From positions 74,746 to 106,745 of the forward strand of contig NC_015561.1 in the NCBI RefSeq assembly GCF_000214175.1: DNA of 32,000 nt. Direction: 5' to 3'. Numbering within the stretch: position 1 is the first letter of the stretch; every line of letters starts with the position of its first letter. The notes beneath the pieces were generated by a model, which worked only from the letters and a program-made list of their open reading frames with translations, was not told the DNA's origin and searched no databases. The position numbers and the translations under genes were made by a program. Source of the DNA: Hoyosella subflava DQS3-9A1 (GTDB lineage: Bacteria; Actinomycetota; Actinomycetes; Mycobacteriales; Mycobacteriaceae). Shown piece by piece: positions 1 to 8,414 of the stretch.

Positions 1-1947
1 ACCCAGTTCGGCCATGCGCTGCCGGGCCTCTGGCCGGACCGAATCACTGGTGTGCGCCGAGGTGATCATCGCGATGTAACCGCCCGGAGCTGTCAGCGCG
101 AGGCTTTTCACGATGAACTGGTTGTGCAGGGAGAAACCCTCGGGGTTGTGGACCGGGTCGTAGATACCGGTTTTCGCGAAGGGCACGTTGCCGATCGCGC
201 CGCTGAAAGCACCGTCCGGCGCGAAGTTACGTTCAAAACCGTGGTTACGTATCTGGGCTGAGGGATAAAGATGGTGCGCGATTCTCGCGCTGACCGCCTC
301 AATTTCGACGCCCACCATGTTCACACCGGAAGGTGCGGTGCCGACGAAATTGCCGGAACCGCAGCCTGGCTCGACGATGAGCGCCCGGTCTGGCAGACCC
401 GCACGCTGCAGTGCCCTCCACATTTCCTGCACAACCCCGGGGTCGGTGTAGTGAGCATTGAGTGTGGTTGCGCGTGCGGCCGCGAATCCCTTTTCCCCGA
501 GCAGCTCACGCAGTTCGGTTTGCTCGGCCTGCCATTCCTCCGCAAACCGCTGGCGGTTGTCGAACACCTCCGGGGTGGCGCCCCACCCTGACCACTGCGC
601 GAGGATAGCTTGCTCCTCTGGAGAAGCATCCCGGCCCTGTTCCTCGAGAAGCTGGACGAGGCGGACTGCTTCTATGTTCGCGCGGACACGCGCCTTCGCT
701 CCCGACGGGACAACGACCTCGTCGCCAAGCTCGTAATTACCTCGGCCGAGTGTCTCCTGGCTCAGAAGAGGAGAAGGGGGAGGTACCGGCACGGACCCAG
801 GCTGGTGTTCAGGTGCTTCCGGTTCAGGCTGGTCCGGGGCAGAGACGGATTCGGGTGCTGCCGCCGCGCCCTGGTACTGCGCCGCCTGCTCGGGGGTGAT
901 GTAGCGGTTTGCCCCAGATTCTGTGACCGCGGGAATGAGCGTGCCGTCCCGCCAGGCCGGGTGAGTCAGCGGGGGACCCCACACGTCGTCAGGAATGACG
1001 ATCGTCGCCGGTGGGGCGATGCTCTCGGCCGGTAGCTGTGTACTTTCGGCCGCGATGATGTCGATAGCGTCTTGCTGCTGTGCAATCGCATCAGATCGCT
1101 GTGCGTCGGCGGCCCGGAGTTCGTCCGTATCGCTGGCTACTGATACCTCTGCCTCCGTTTGCGGGGCAGTGGTGTCGAGTATGTGCTGGAGGGCCGACAG
1201 TACCGGTTCACCTGGTTCGCGTTCTTGCTCGACCCGTTGACGTAGCTGCTCAACAGCCGGGTCTGGCTCTGCGGGGCCGCGGCGCTGCTCCCAGTAAGCG
1301 GCCGCGGCGCGCTCACCCGTCGCTCGCCAGCGCGACTCGTCGTTGAGGAAGGAGCGCAGTTCGTCACGGAGCTGCAGGCTCGTGTCAGGATCGAGAGCGA
1401 GTTCACCCGCCTCTAGCACTGCCCGCTGGGTGAATTGCTCATTCGCGATGATGGCGTACTGATCGAAAGTGTTAGACGGCGACGCTGCAACCGTGTCCAT
1501 CTCCGGATCGTGCTCGGAGAGACGCTGCAAGAGCAGCAACTCCACATCAACAGGCGATTCATGCCGGGTCTCAGTGGCTGGTCCCGACGCGGCTTCGTGT
1601 GCGGGACTCGTGGTCGGCTTGGCAGGTGGTTCCGGCTGTTGCGCGGGCGTGTTGAGGGCCTGGATTAAATCGCTGGCCTCGCCTTTCGTCAGACCCGGCT
1701 CGGGGGTGAAGTCCTGGCCAGCTTCACGGCTGAGGCGATTCAGCGTCGTCAATTGCCGCGGTGTCGCGGATTCGGTGCGCCAGTCACGCCCCGTCTTGCG
1801 ATTCGGGGACTGAGTAACGAGGGACTGCGGGACCTCAGCCGGGTCGATCCCGGCTTCCCGTAGCTGGTTGGCAAGCTGGGCGTCGCGGTCAGCTAGTGTG
1901 CGCCATTCACCACGCATCCGCTGCAATTCACTCTGCAGCTGGTCCAC
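1..1947 (-). CDS. Large plasmid/ICE-type multidomain protein, 5' portion (continues beyond nt 1), reaching an N6-adenine DNA methyltransferase domain
   Basis: Absent from the ORF track because it has no stop inside the window. Top-strand frame 1 has no reverse stop (TTA/CTA/TCA) from nt 1 to 2826. My minus-strand translation gives ...ATPRQLTTLNRLSREAGQDFTPEPGLTKGEASDLIQAL... Near the window edge it gives ...LIVEPGCGSGNFVG... (SAM-binding motif I, nt 372-346) and ...GAIGNVPFAK... (motif IV-like, nt 192-178). Start is uncertain. The first canonical in-frame starts below the upstream stop are GTG 1947 and ATG 1917; GTG 2280 would overlap the upstream gene by 178 nt. Confidence 0.7.
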   Translation of the reverse strand, partial: MDQLQSELQRMRGEWRTLADRDAQLANQLREAGIDPAEVPQSLVTQSPNRKTGRDWRTESATPRQLTTLNRLSREAGQDFTPEPGLTKGEASDLIQALNTPAQQPEPPAKPTTSPAHEAASGPATETRHESPVDVELLLLQRLSEHDPEMDTVAASPSNTFDQYAIIANEQFTQRAVLEAGELALDPDTSLQLRDELRSFLNDESRWRATGERAAAAYWEQRRGPAEPDPAVEQLRQRVEQEREPGEPVLSALQHILDTTAPQTEAEVSVASDTDELRAADAQRSDAIAQQQDAIDIIAAESTQLPAESIAPPATIVIPDDVWGPPLTHPAWRDGTLIPAVTESGANRYITPEQAAQYQGAAAAPESVSAPDQPEPEAPEHQPGSVPVPPPSPLLSQETLGRGNYELGDEVVVPSGAKARVRANIEAVRLVQLLEEQGRDASPEEQAILAQWSGWGATPEVFDNRQRFAEEWQAEQTELRELLGEKGFAAARATTLNAHYTDPGVVQEMWRALQRAGLPDRALIVEPGCGSGNFVGTAPSGVNMVGVEIEAVSARIAHHLYPSAQIRNHGFERNFAPDGAFSGAIGNVPFAKTGIYDPVHNPEGFSLHNQFIVKSLALTAPGGYIAMITSAHTSDSVRPEARQRMAELG

Positions 1948-2102
1948 TCGTGCAGCGTTGGTGCTCGCGCCCTCGCTGAGTCCGCGTGCCTCAGCGATTT
2001 CTAATGCGCGCTGGGCTGATGCGAGTCGCTTAGCGACTGTGCGCCCACGCGCGACGACGGCTAAAACATCCCGATGGGCACCGGCCCACGCGTACTGCAG
2101 GT

Positions 2103-2765
2103 CTAGAACGGAAGCTGCGGATCGTCGGGTGGATTCGCCTGGAGCTCGTCCAGAATCATCGCCTCCAGATCTTCCGCCAACTGATCGTGCGGCGTCGCCG
2201 GGACCGGCTGATTGTCCTCGATCCGCTGCGCGATGAGCGATTCCGCTAACGCTTTGAATGCCCCCGATTTGTGCATCCACACCCGGTCCACGACCCTCAC
2301 TGCCACCGTGTTCGGTTTGACGTTCTGTGTCTTCCACCGATCGGATTCGCGCGCCAGCATCGCCCGGTCGTACTCCTGCTGGATCTGCTGATCCAGCCCC
2401 GCGATATACGCTTCCTTCTCCTGCTTCATATCCGGGGTCACCTGTGAGTACAGTTCCTCGGCGAGCACCATCTCCCGCGCTTGCCTCCACGCGCTCTCCC
2501 GCGCCTGGACTTTGGTGCGGAAGCTCGGTGTCTGCCCCGGCGGGGTCCACTCCTTCAATGCTTGAGCTTCGAACATCTCGGCTGCGGCCTCGGTCATCTG
2601 CTGCAGCCGCAACGCTTCCCGCTCGATTTGATCCTGCTTCTCGGCCAGGCTCAGCCCCGGGCCGAGCCCAACCCACTCGGTCAGAATCCGCTGTGTCTCG
2701 CTCACGATCTGCTGATCGATTCCCTCGACCAGTTCCCTGTCCACCATCACCGTCGCTCCCCTCAC
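2103..2765 (-). CDS. Hypothetical protein (220 aa as tracked, probably 214 aa)
   Basis: ORF track 2103..2765. The tracked start is GTG. An ATG at 2747 lies 8 nt after GAGGGGAG and is a better start. The sequence is Glu/Gln-rich and helical with no motif I recognise. It lies directly upstream of, and co-oriented with, the methylase-domain gene. Confidence 0.6.
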   Translation of the reverse strand: MRGATVMVDRELVEGIDQQIVSETQRILTEWVGLGPGLSLAEKQDQIEREALRLQQMTEAAAEMFEAQALKEWTPPGQTPSFRTKVQARESAWRQAREMVLAEELYSQVTPDMKQEKEAYIAGLDQQIQQEYDRAMLARESDRWKTQNVKPNTVAVRVVDRVWMHKSGAFKALAESLIAQRIEDNQPVPATPHDQLAEDLEAMILDELQANPPDDPQLPF

Positions 2766-2848
2766 CGATATTGAACTCGAATGCGCCCTGATCCTCGTTC
2801 CGCTGCGCCACCCGGCCTCCTCGTATTCACCCCTGAACTCGGGTTGCA

Positions 2849-2878
2849 GCGCCCCGCGCGCGACCGCGGGAGGGGCGC
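2849..2878. repeat. GC-rich inverted repeat / hairpin (GCGCCCC ... GGGGCGC, with inner CCGCG/CGCGG pairing)
   Basis: Read directly: gcgccccgcgcgcgaccgcgggaggggcgc. It lies in the intergenic DNA between the IS256 element and the 220-aa gene. Function (terminator or protein site) is not established. Confidence 0.3.
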
Positions 2879-2944
2879 GACATGCCTACCGACCCTAGCA
2901 GCCGGTAACATGCAAAACCCTTTTGACCTGGGTGTTGAGCGGCC

Positions 2945-4320
2945 GGGAGTGTCCGATAAAGGGTGGATCTGATCTTGGCATTGTTAGTTTCCGCTCGGGT
3001 TAATGCGGCCTTCGAATGCGATCGCGAACGCGTTGAGCGCTGGCTTCCACCTCACTGCCCAGCGTGCCTTGCCGCGCCCGGTTGGGTCCAGGGAACGGGT
3101 CACAAGATAGAGACACGTCAACGCGGCCTGCTCGGTCGGGAAGTGCCCGCGCGCCCGGATCGCTCTGCGGTAGCGCGCGTTGATGCTTTCGATGGCGTTC
3201 GTGGAGCACACGACACGCCTTATCTCCGGGTCGTAGGCCAGAAACGGCACGAACTCGCTCCACGCCTGGTCCCACATCCTGACGATCGCCGGGTAGCGGG
3301 GACCCCATTTGGCTGCGAACTCGCTGAACCGCTCCGATGCTGCGGCAGCGGTTTTAGCGGTGTACACCGGTTTGATGTCGCGGGCGATCTCGTCCCAGTA
3401 TTTGCGGGAGCAGTACCGGAAGGTATTGCGCAAGAGGTGGATTATGCATGTTTGAACCACCGCTTCCGGCCACACGGTATTCACCGAGTCCGGCAGCCCA
3501 GTCAGCCCGTCGCACACCACGATGCACACATCGGCGGTGCCGCGGTTTTTGATCTCGGTGAGCACCTGCAGCCAGTACTTCGCACCCTCTCCGCCCTCCC
3601 CGGCCCATAGGCCGAGGATGTCGCGCTCACCGTGCACGGTCACGCCGATGGCGACGTAGATGGGGCGGTTGGCGACCTGGCCGTCCCTGATTTTGACGTG
3701 AATAGCGTCGATGAACACCACGGGATACACGGCATCGAGTGGGCGATTGCACCACTCGGCCATCTCCGCGACAACCTTGTCTGTAATCCGGGAGATGGTG
3801 TCTTTGGAGACTTTCGCCCCGTAGATCTCGTCGAAATGCGCGGCGATCTCCCCAGTGGTCAGGCCTTTCGCTGTCAACGACAGCACGATCTCATCGACGC
3901 CGGTCAACCGGCGCTGCCGCTTACGCACAATCACTGGGTCGAACGACGCATCGGTGTCGCGCGGGACCTCGATCTCAACAGGCCCGATCTCGGTCAGCAC
4001 CGTTTTCGGTCTCGTGCCGTTGCGCGAGTTGCCGCTTCCGCGCCCCGACCGGTCGTGCTTGTCGTAGCCGAGATGCTCGCTCATCTCCGCTTCCAGCGCG
4101 GTCTCCAGAACCCTCTTTGTCAGCCGGTTGAGCAGCCCGTCCGGCCCGACCAGCTCCACGCCCTGCTCTCTGGCCTGCGCGAGCATCAGCTCCGCGACAG
4201 CCTTCTCATCCAATGTCTCCGCCACGGGATCCAGTGTTTCGGTCACCTCGGTTCCTTCCCACCAAGCAAACGCTCAGCGTGTCGAACCAAGATCAGATCC
4301 ACCGATAATCAGACAGTCCC
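2945..4320 (-). mobile_element. IS256-family insertion sequence, complete (1376 bp)
   Basis: Left end is GGGAGTGTCCGATAAAGGGTGGATCTGATCTTGG (2945-2978). The reverse complement of the right end is GGGACTGTCTGATTATCGGTGGATCTGATCTTGG (4320-4287). That gives 29/34 identical inverted repeats. Flanking 8-bp direct repeats GAGCGGCC lie at 2937-2944 and 4321-4328. A single transposase ORF fills the element. Confidence 0.9.
2984..4246 (-). CDS. IS256-family (mutator-type) DDE transposase, 420 aa
   Basis: ORF track. The sequence has the typical family layout: ...LNRLTKRVLETALEAEMSEHLGY...NSRNG...PKTV.T..G...I.VPRD...SF.P..V.K...R......I..L.AKG.TTGEI..H...IYG..VS...IS.ITD.V......W..RPL...YP.VFIDA... 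followed by ...VCDGL.GLP......P....Q.C..H..RN. Confidence 0.95.
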   Translation of the reverse strand: MTETLDPVAETLDEKAVAELMLAQAREQGVELVGPDGLLNRLTKRVLETALEAEMSEHLGYDKHDRSGRGSGNSRNGTRPKTVLTEIGPVEIEVPRDTDASFDPVIVRKRQRRLTGVDEIVLSLTAKGLTTGEIAAHFDEIYGAKVSKDTISRITDKVVAEMAEWCNRPLDAVYPVVFIDAIHVKIRDGQVANRPIYVAIGVTVHGERDILGLWAGEGGEGAKYWLQVLTEIKNRGTADVCIVVCDGLTGLPDSVNTVWPEAVVQTCIIHLLRNTFRYCSRKYWDEIARDIKPVYTAKTAAAASERFSEFAAKWGPRYPAIVRMWDQAWSEFVPFLAYDPEIRRVVCSTNAIESINARYRRAIRARGHFPTEQAALTCLYLVTRSLDPTGRGKARWAVRWKPALNAFAIAFEGRINPSGN

Positions 4321-4463
4321 GAGCGGCCACCGCTGGGCGCGAGTGCCTAATAATAATGCGTTTGGTAGCGGACGGGTCGCGATGCAGAGTAGATGATGAG
4401 CATGATGATTGCGGGAAGGATAAATATTCCAGCGAATGCGCCGAGCACGGCACTCGTGGCGGT

Positions 4464-5075
4464 TCAGCCGGTGGTGTGGCCTGCCCATGCGCGGATGCGG
4501 GTCATACGGTTCTCGCGGGCGCGGGCGGTGTGCCCGATCGTGAGGAGCTGCTCGAAAAGCCGGGCTTCGGGTGCGGTGCGCGCGGCCTGATCAAGAGTGA
4601 CCGCGGCCGCGGTGTAGGCGCGGCGCGCGGCCGCGGCCGCAACGAGGTAGGTCAGTGCGGGCAGGTGCAGCGGGTCGGCAGGGCTGGTAGTCGCGGCGGT
4701 AAGCAGCCGGGCCAGCGTGGTCCCGTGCTGCCCGCTGGTTTTCCCCGTGGCAGTGAGGGCAGCGAGGATCGCTGCGGGGTGATAGTCCCGCCCGTCTGTG
4801 ATGCGCTCAATGATCACCGCGGCGAGCTCGCCCGCGGCGGGCCGGTAGAAATCGGCGGGACCGATCAGCCCGGCCGCGGTGGCAGCGAGGTGCTCCGGCG
4901 CCCACATCAACGCCCCAAGCAACTGCACCTCATAGGCTTCCGCATCCGCCCCGGCAGCCTCAGCGAGGTCGCCCTCGCTGATCAGGATCGTTTCCTCGCC
5001 CAACTTCCCTCTTCCTAATTCTGTACCGCCGTATTTCTGTCTTTCCGTGTTTACGTGTTGAGGTTGACCCCACAA
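4464..5075 (-). CDS. Stand-alone DnaB-helicase N-terminal-domain-like protein
   Basis: ORF track (203 aa from TTG 5075). ...DAEAYEVQLLGALMWAPEHLAATAAGLIGPADFYRPAAGELAAVIIERITDGRDYHPAAILAALTATGK... matches the AE..vLGall....l......l...dFyrp.h..if..i.....g...d...l...L pattern of the DnaB N-terminal domain. No Walker ATPase region follows. The true start may be TTG 5003, which lies behind AGGAAGAGGG. Confidence 0.55.
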   Translation of the reverse strand: MWGQPQHVNTERQKYGGTELGRGKLGEETILISEGDLAEAAGADAEAYEVQLLGALMWAPEHLAATAAGLIGPADFYRPAAGELAAVIIERITDGRDYHPAAILAALTATGKTSGQHGTTLARLLTAATTSPADPLHLPALTYLVAAAAARRAYTAAAVTLDQAARTAPEARLFEQLLTIGHTARARENRMTRIRAWAGHTTG

Positions 5076-5299
5076 ACGTTTGTTTTTGATTGGTGGAGTT
5101 TAGCTACTGAGGTGGAGGACTACCGTTGCTCGGGACAGGGGGAAGACCTCGCAGGTTTCCCGCGGGGTGCCCCGGTTGGCCCGTATTTGCTGACCTTGGC
5201 ACAGCTTGCCGACCGCCATGTGCGGGGGACGTTCGCTGACGCGACGGCCACACTGTCTGCCGCTTTCAGGCTAGCGTCGCGTACGGTTCCAGCGAGCCG

Positions 5300-6700
5300 C
5301 TAGCGACCACTGGGTCTAGCGACTTGCAGGGTCCTCTCCAAGTCTGGGTATGTGTAGTAGCTACCAGGCTCTTCGTCCTTTTCACGCACGGTGGCGAGAA
5401 ACTCTTCGAACGCTTGGGCCCGCTCACCGCCGAGGTGCACAGTGGCGTGAAACAACGAAACCGCAAGACCGGGCATAAGTGCCGCGATGCGGCATTGGTC
5501 GTTGGCGGCCCATTCAACAAGCACCGACTTAAGATCTTGCACCGACAGGTACGGCGCGTGCTGGACTGCAAGCTGGCCAGCTTGTTCGCCCACGCGGAAG
5601 CTGTAAGCCTCTTTCACGGAACTGATCACGGTCGGGACGAAGTACCGATCCGGGTGCGCGGCAGCGATGTTCGTCCGGTGCAGTGGTGCCAGTGTGGAGT
5701 ACTGCTGTTCAAGGATCGGCAGACGTTCGCGGGCGAGGTCTTCTCGAATCAGCGCAAGGTATGCTGCTGTCTCCACAGGAAGCGGCTCCCACGTGTTAGC
5801 CGCCATCGGAAGCTGACTTAGCTGCTCGTTGATCCGGCTGGCAAGTGCCGGATCAACCATGTCCCAGAAGAAGTCCTGATCACCGAGACGCAGGAGCGCG
5901 CGTAGCTGTGTAGCGCCGTCCAGTGGCTGAAATCGCGCACTGAGATCGACCACAAGACTTCGCACTAGTTCGCGATCTCGAAGAGCGAAGGCTTTGACGG
6001 CCGTCGCCATCCGGTCGGCGTGTTCAATCGGCGTCAGCGGCACTGTTTCCGGTGGTGGGATCTCGAGGAGCGCATGCTTCGCCGCGAGGGACACGATGTT
6101 GCGGCGGGTCGCCGTCCGAACTCTGTCGAAGAAGGTGGCCTGGATATGCGGCGTTGTGGGCACGAAGTACGTGTCGCAAATGTAGGCCTTGAACTCTTCG
6201 AGAACCTTACGACCTTGGGTGGGTGGGTGAGTCAGGAGCGTTGACAACGCTACCGCTAGATGGGCACGGGCAATCTCGGGACGAGGATCGTAAACGTTGC
6301 CTAGCCCCCGGAGTGACGGATGGACGCACAGGTTGCGATCCTCGCGGATCCGCACCAACTCGCGGGCGCCGATAGAGTCGATAAATTCGAAGGCCTCGGC
6401 CTCAGCCAGAAGTGTGTCTTCGATCTCGCGCATAGCGCGTACACCGGGCGGGGTGATGCCCTGGGCTTTAGCGCTGCTGAGCTTGTCACGGAAGTCGGCC
6501 GCTTTGGCGTCGCCATCATCTGCAAGACGGGTGAGTTTCGAGATGATATCGGCAGTGACCGCAGTCCAGGTGGCGGCGATGGAAGCGCGAAAAGCTCCGG
6601 CGTTGTAGCACCGCCATGCCTCATCAGCAAGCGGGCGGACGGCGGGACTCCACACCTGGCCAACATATGTCTCCAGATCCATCACGACGGACCCTTTCAT
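5300..6700 (-). CDS. 466-aa protein with an N-terminal HEPN-type (DUF4145-like) domain and a long unassigned helical C-terminal region
   Basis: ORF track. ATG 6700 is preceded by GGGAAAG. The N-terminal ~150 aa are helical and contain ...ARELVRIREDRNLCVHPS...; RNLCVH (nt 6320-6337) fits the HEPN Rx4-6H motif with the usual polar residue after R. It starts 35 nt after the stop of the upstream Abi_C-like gene. Confidence 0.75.
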   Translation of the reverse strand: MKGSVVMDLETYVGQVWSPAVRPLADEAWRCYNAGAFRASIAATWTAVTADIISKLTRLADDGDAKAADFRDKLSSAKAQGITPPGVRAMREIEDTLLAEAEAFEFIDSIGARELVRIREDRNLCVHPSLRGLGNVYDPRPEIARAHLAVALSTLLTHPPTQGRKVLEEFKAYICDTYFVPTTPHIQATFFDRVRTATRRNIVSLAAKHALLEIPPPETVPLTPIEHADRMATAVKAFALRDRELVRSLVVDLSARFQPLDGATQLRALLRLGDQDFFWDMVDPALASRINEQLSQLPMAANTWEPLPVETAAYLALIREDLARERLPILEQQYSTLAPLHRTNIAAAHPDRYFVPTVISSVKEAYSFRVGEQAGQLAVQHAPYLSVQDLKSVLVEWAANDQCRIAALMPGLAVSLFHATVHLGGERAQAFEEFLATVREKDEEPGSYYTYPDLERTLQVARPSGR

Positions 6701-6735
6701 TCCGGCTTTCCCTATCGTGGCATTGCCTGGAGTGC

Positions 6736-7584
6736 TTACCCGGTACGAAAGTACGGAGGGCGCGATCGATCGAGTGTGGCCAGTGTGAACTCGGCGACGC
6801 TACATGCCTCTCTCACTACTAGGCGCGCAAGTTCGGGCGGTACGCCGGTTGGCAACGTCCTTCCATGGCCTGTGCCCTGAGCATTCCTCAGCTCGTTTAC
6901 TTGCTCGGCGATCTTCCAGGCGCTTTGCAGGATTGCTTTGATGTTATTTGCTCCGGGTGTGTTGCCTGCGACTTGTTGCGGAAGGATGTTCAGCCGCTCG
7001 CGGGCGAAGTACCACAGCTGTGGAAAGTCGGTCTTCTCGTTGATCGGCCAGTTCAGTTCGTGGAGCACGAACTTCGCAATAGCCTCAAGTAGATCTTTCG
7101 CTGATCCGAGTGCCAGCGCCGGGTCGCCGTCGGCTTGCTGCAGTCGGTGCAGCTGCTCATCGAGGGCGGGCCGACCTCCAGTATCGAGGTCTACTGGAGC
7201 AGCGTTCTGTAGTTCTCCCTCGTCTGATAGCTTCCATCCCTGCTTCTGAAATGCGGATTGTGCTCGGGTAAGCACATCACGCGGAATCAAACCGTCGTCG
7301 AAGAATCCATCGGCCCGCAAGTCTCGTAGGAGTGCGTCTACCAGCTCGCGCGCTTTCGCAGGCCGCCGAGTTGCAGCTCCCAGCACAGTGGATACTCGGA
7401 CTTCCTTGCTGGGGGTGCGTGTCTCGGAATCGTAAGGGTCCGAATCGATATACCCACTGCGGCGGAATGCTGCGCTGAGCTTCGTGTGGGTAGGGCCGGT
7501 ACCGCCGCTGTAGAATCGTGCGACGGTGGCAGCAATGTCGTCACTAATGGGTGGTCGTGTCACAACCTGAAATCCTAAGCTCAA
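6736..7584 (-). CDS. AbiJ-like abortive-infection protein with a C-terminal Abi_C (HEPN) domain, 282 aa
   Basis: ORF track. The C-terminal region reads ...ALGSAKDLLEAIAKFVLHE...AWKIAEQVNELRNAQGTGHGR... RNAQGTGHG is encoded at nt 6862-6888 and is the RN..G.GHG signature I associate with Abi_C. Start is ambiguous: TTG 7584 has no SD, while GTG 7563 lies 9 nt after AGGA. Confidence 0.75.
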   Translation of the reverse strand: MSLGFQVVTRPPISDDIAATVARFYSGGTGPTHTKLSAAFRRSGYIDSDPYDSETRTPSKEVRVSTVLGAATRRPAKARELVDALLRDLRADGFFDDGLIPRDVLTRAQSAFQKQGWKLSDEGELQNAAPVDLDTGGRPALDEQLHRLQQADGDPALALGSAKDLLEAIAKFVLHELNWPINEKTDFPQLWYFARERLNILPQQVAGNTPGANNIKAILQSAWKIAEQVNELRNAQGTGHGRTLPTGVPPELARLVVREACSVAEFTLATLDRSRPPYFRTG

Positions 7585-7904
7585 CTGCTGACAAGGTCGC
7601 GTGCCAATCGCGCCAGGATGCTTTACGCAGAGTCAGGAGCCCAACCCGACATATGTTCCGTTTCGTTGTGACGACACCAGATGTCGGGCGTTCTCGGTGG
7701 ACATCCACTCCTCAACCCTAGTCCTGCCCTGTCGCAGGAGATGTCAGGTTGGGGTACACCCCAACACCAGGTGCCAGCAGCCTGCCGCGGTCAGAGCGTC
7801 AGTCTGCGGATCAGTGGTCTGATCCTCTGTTGATACTCGCGCGTATCCCAGCATCGTCACGCCTGCAGCGTCTCATAACCCACTGACACGCCGATGTTTT
7901 GCGC

Positions 7905-8270
7905 TCAGTGTTTCGAGCATGAGTTTTGATGCATTCGGTTCCTGGCGAAACCGTGTCCCGGACGGTAAGCGTTGAAGTGGCTCATAAACGGGGATTTTTG
8001 CTGCCGTTCGATGCGCGCGTTGTTCTGCGGGAAGAGGTCTAGGTCGGCGACATCGTCTTCTTCACTGATCTGGAAGGTGTCGGTGAGGACGATGCCCTCG
8101 AAGGGCTGGTAGTCGCTGCCATGGACGCCGTGGAAGGTGGCTTCGATGTTGACGGCGGTGATGTAGTAGGCCAGCAGCATGATCTCGTTGGCGTGCAACT
8201 CGCTGGCGTATTTCCCGAGTGGCCCGATCCCCAGCATGTGCAGCCCCGCCACCTGCAGAAACTCGGTCAT
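7905..8270 (-). pseudogene. Internal fragment of a type ISP / YeeA-like N6-adenine methyltransferase (R-M remnant)
   Basis: The 121-aa ORF contains ...GKYASELHANEIMLLAYYITAVNIEATFHG....YQPFEGIVLTDTFQ..., a block I recognise from the methylase region of type ISP-like enzymes. The expected upstream SAM-binding motif and downstream NPPY-type motif are both missing. Similarity is lost after ...RIERQQKSP. Confidence 0.45.
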
Positions 8271-8414
8271 CGCCGATAAGCACCTGCCTGTCTGGCGGCA
8301 CGGGAAGCCGACCTAGCCGACAAACTGAAGGACAAAGCGCATGGCGGCCGTCCACCGAGAACGGCTGCAGAAACAACTCGACGACGTCCGCAGGGTCACC
8401 CTTCAGGAGCCACG

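Noticed and set aside
2096-2112. Programmed -1 frameshift joining the 220-aa ORF to the large methylase-domain ORF
   Set aside because: There is no X XXY YYZ slippery heptamer near the stop (..ccgcagcttccgttctagacctgcag..) and no obvious downstream pseudoknot. Kept only as an indel possibility in the findings.
3632-5018. Plus-strand ORFs 3632..4396 (254 aa) and 4128..5018 (296 aa)
   Set aside because: They run antisense to the IS256 transposase and the DnaB-N-like gene and cross the IS boundary at 4320, so they cannot be real genes.
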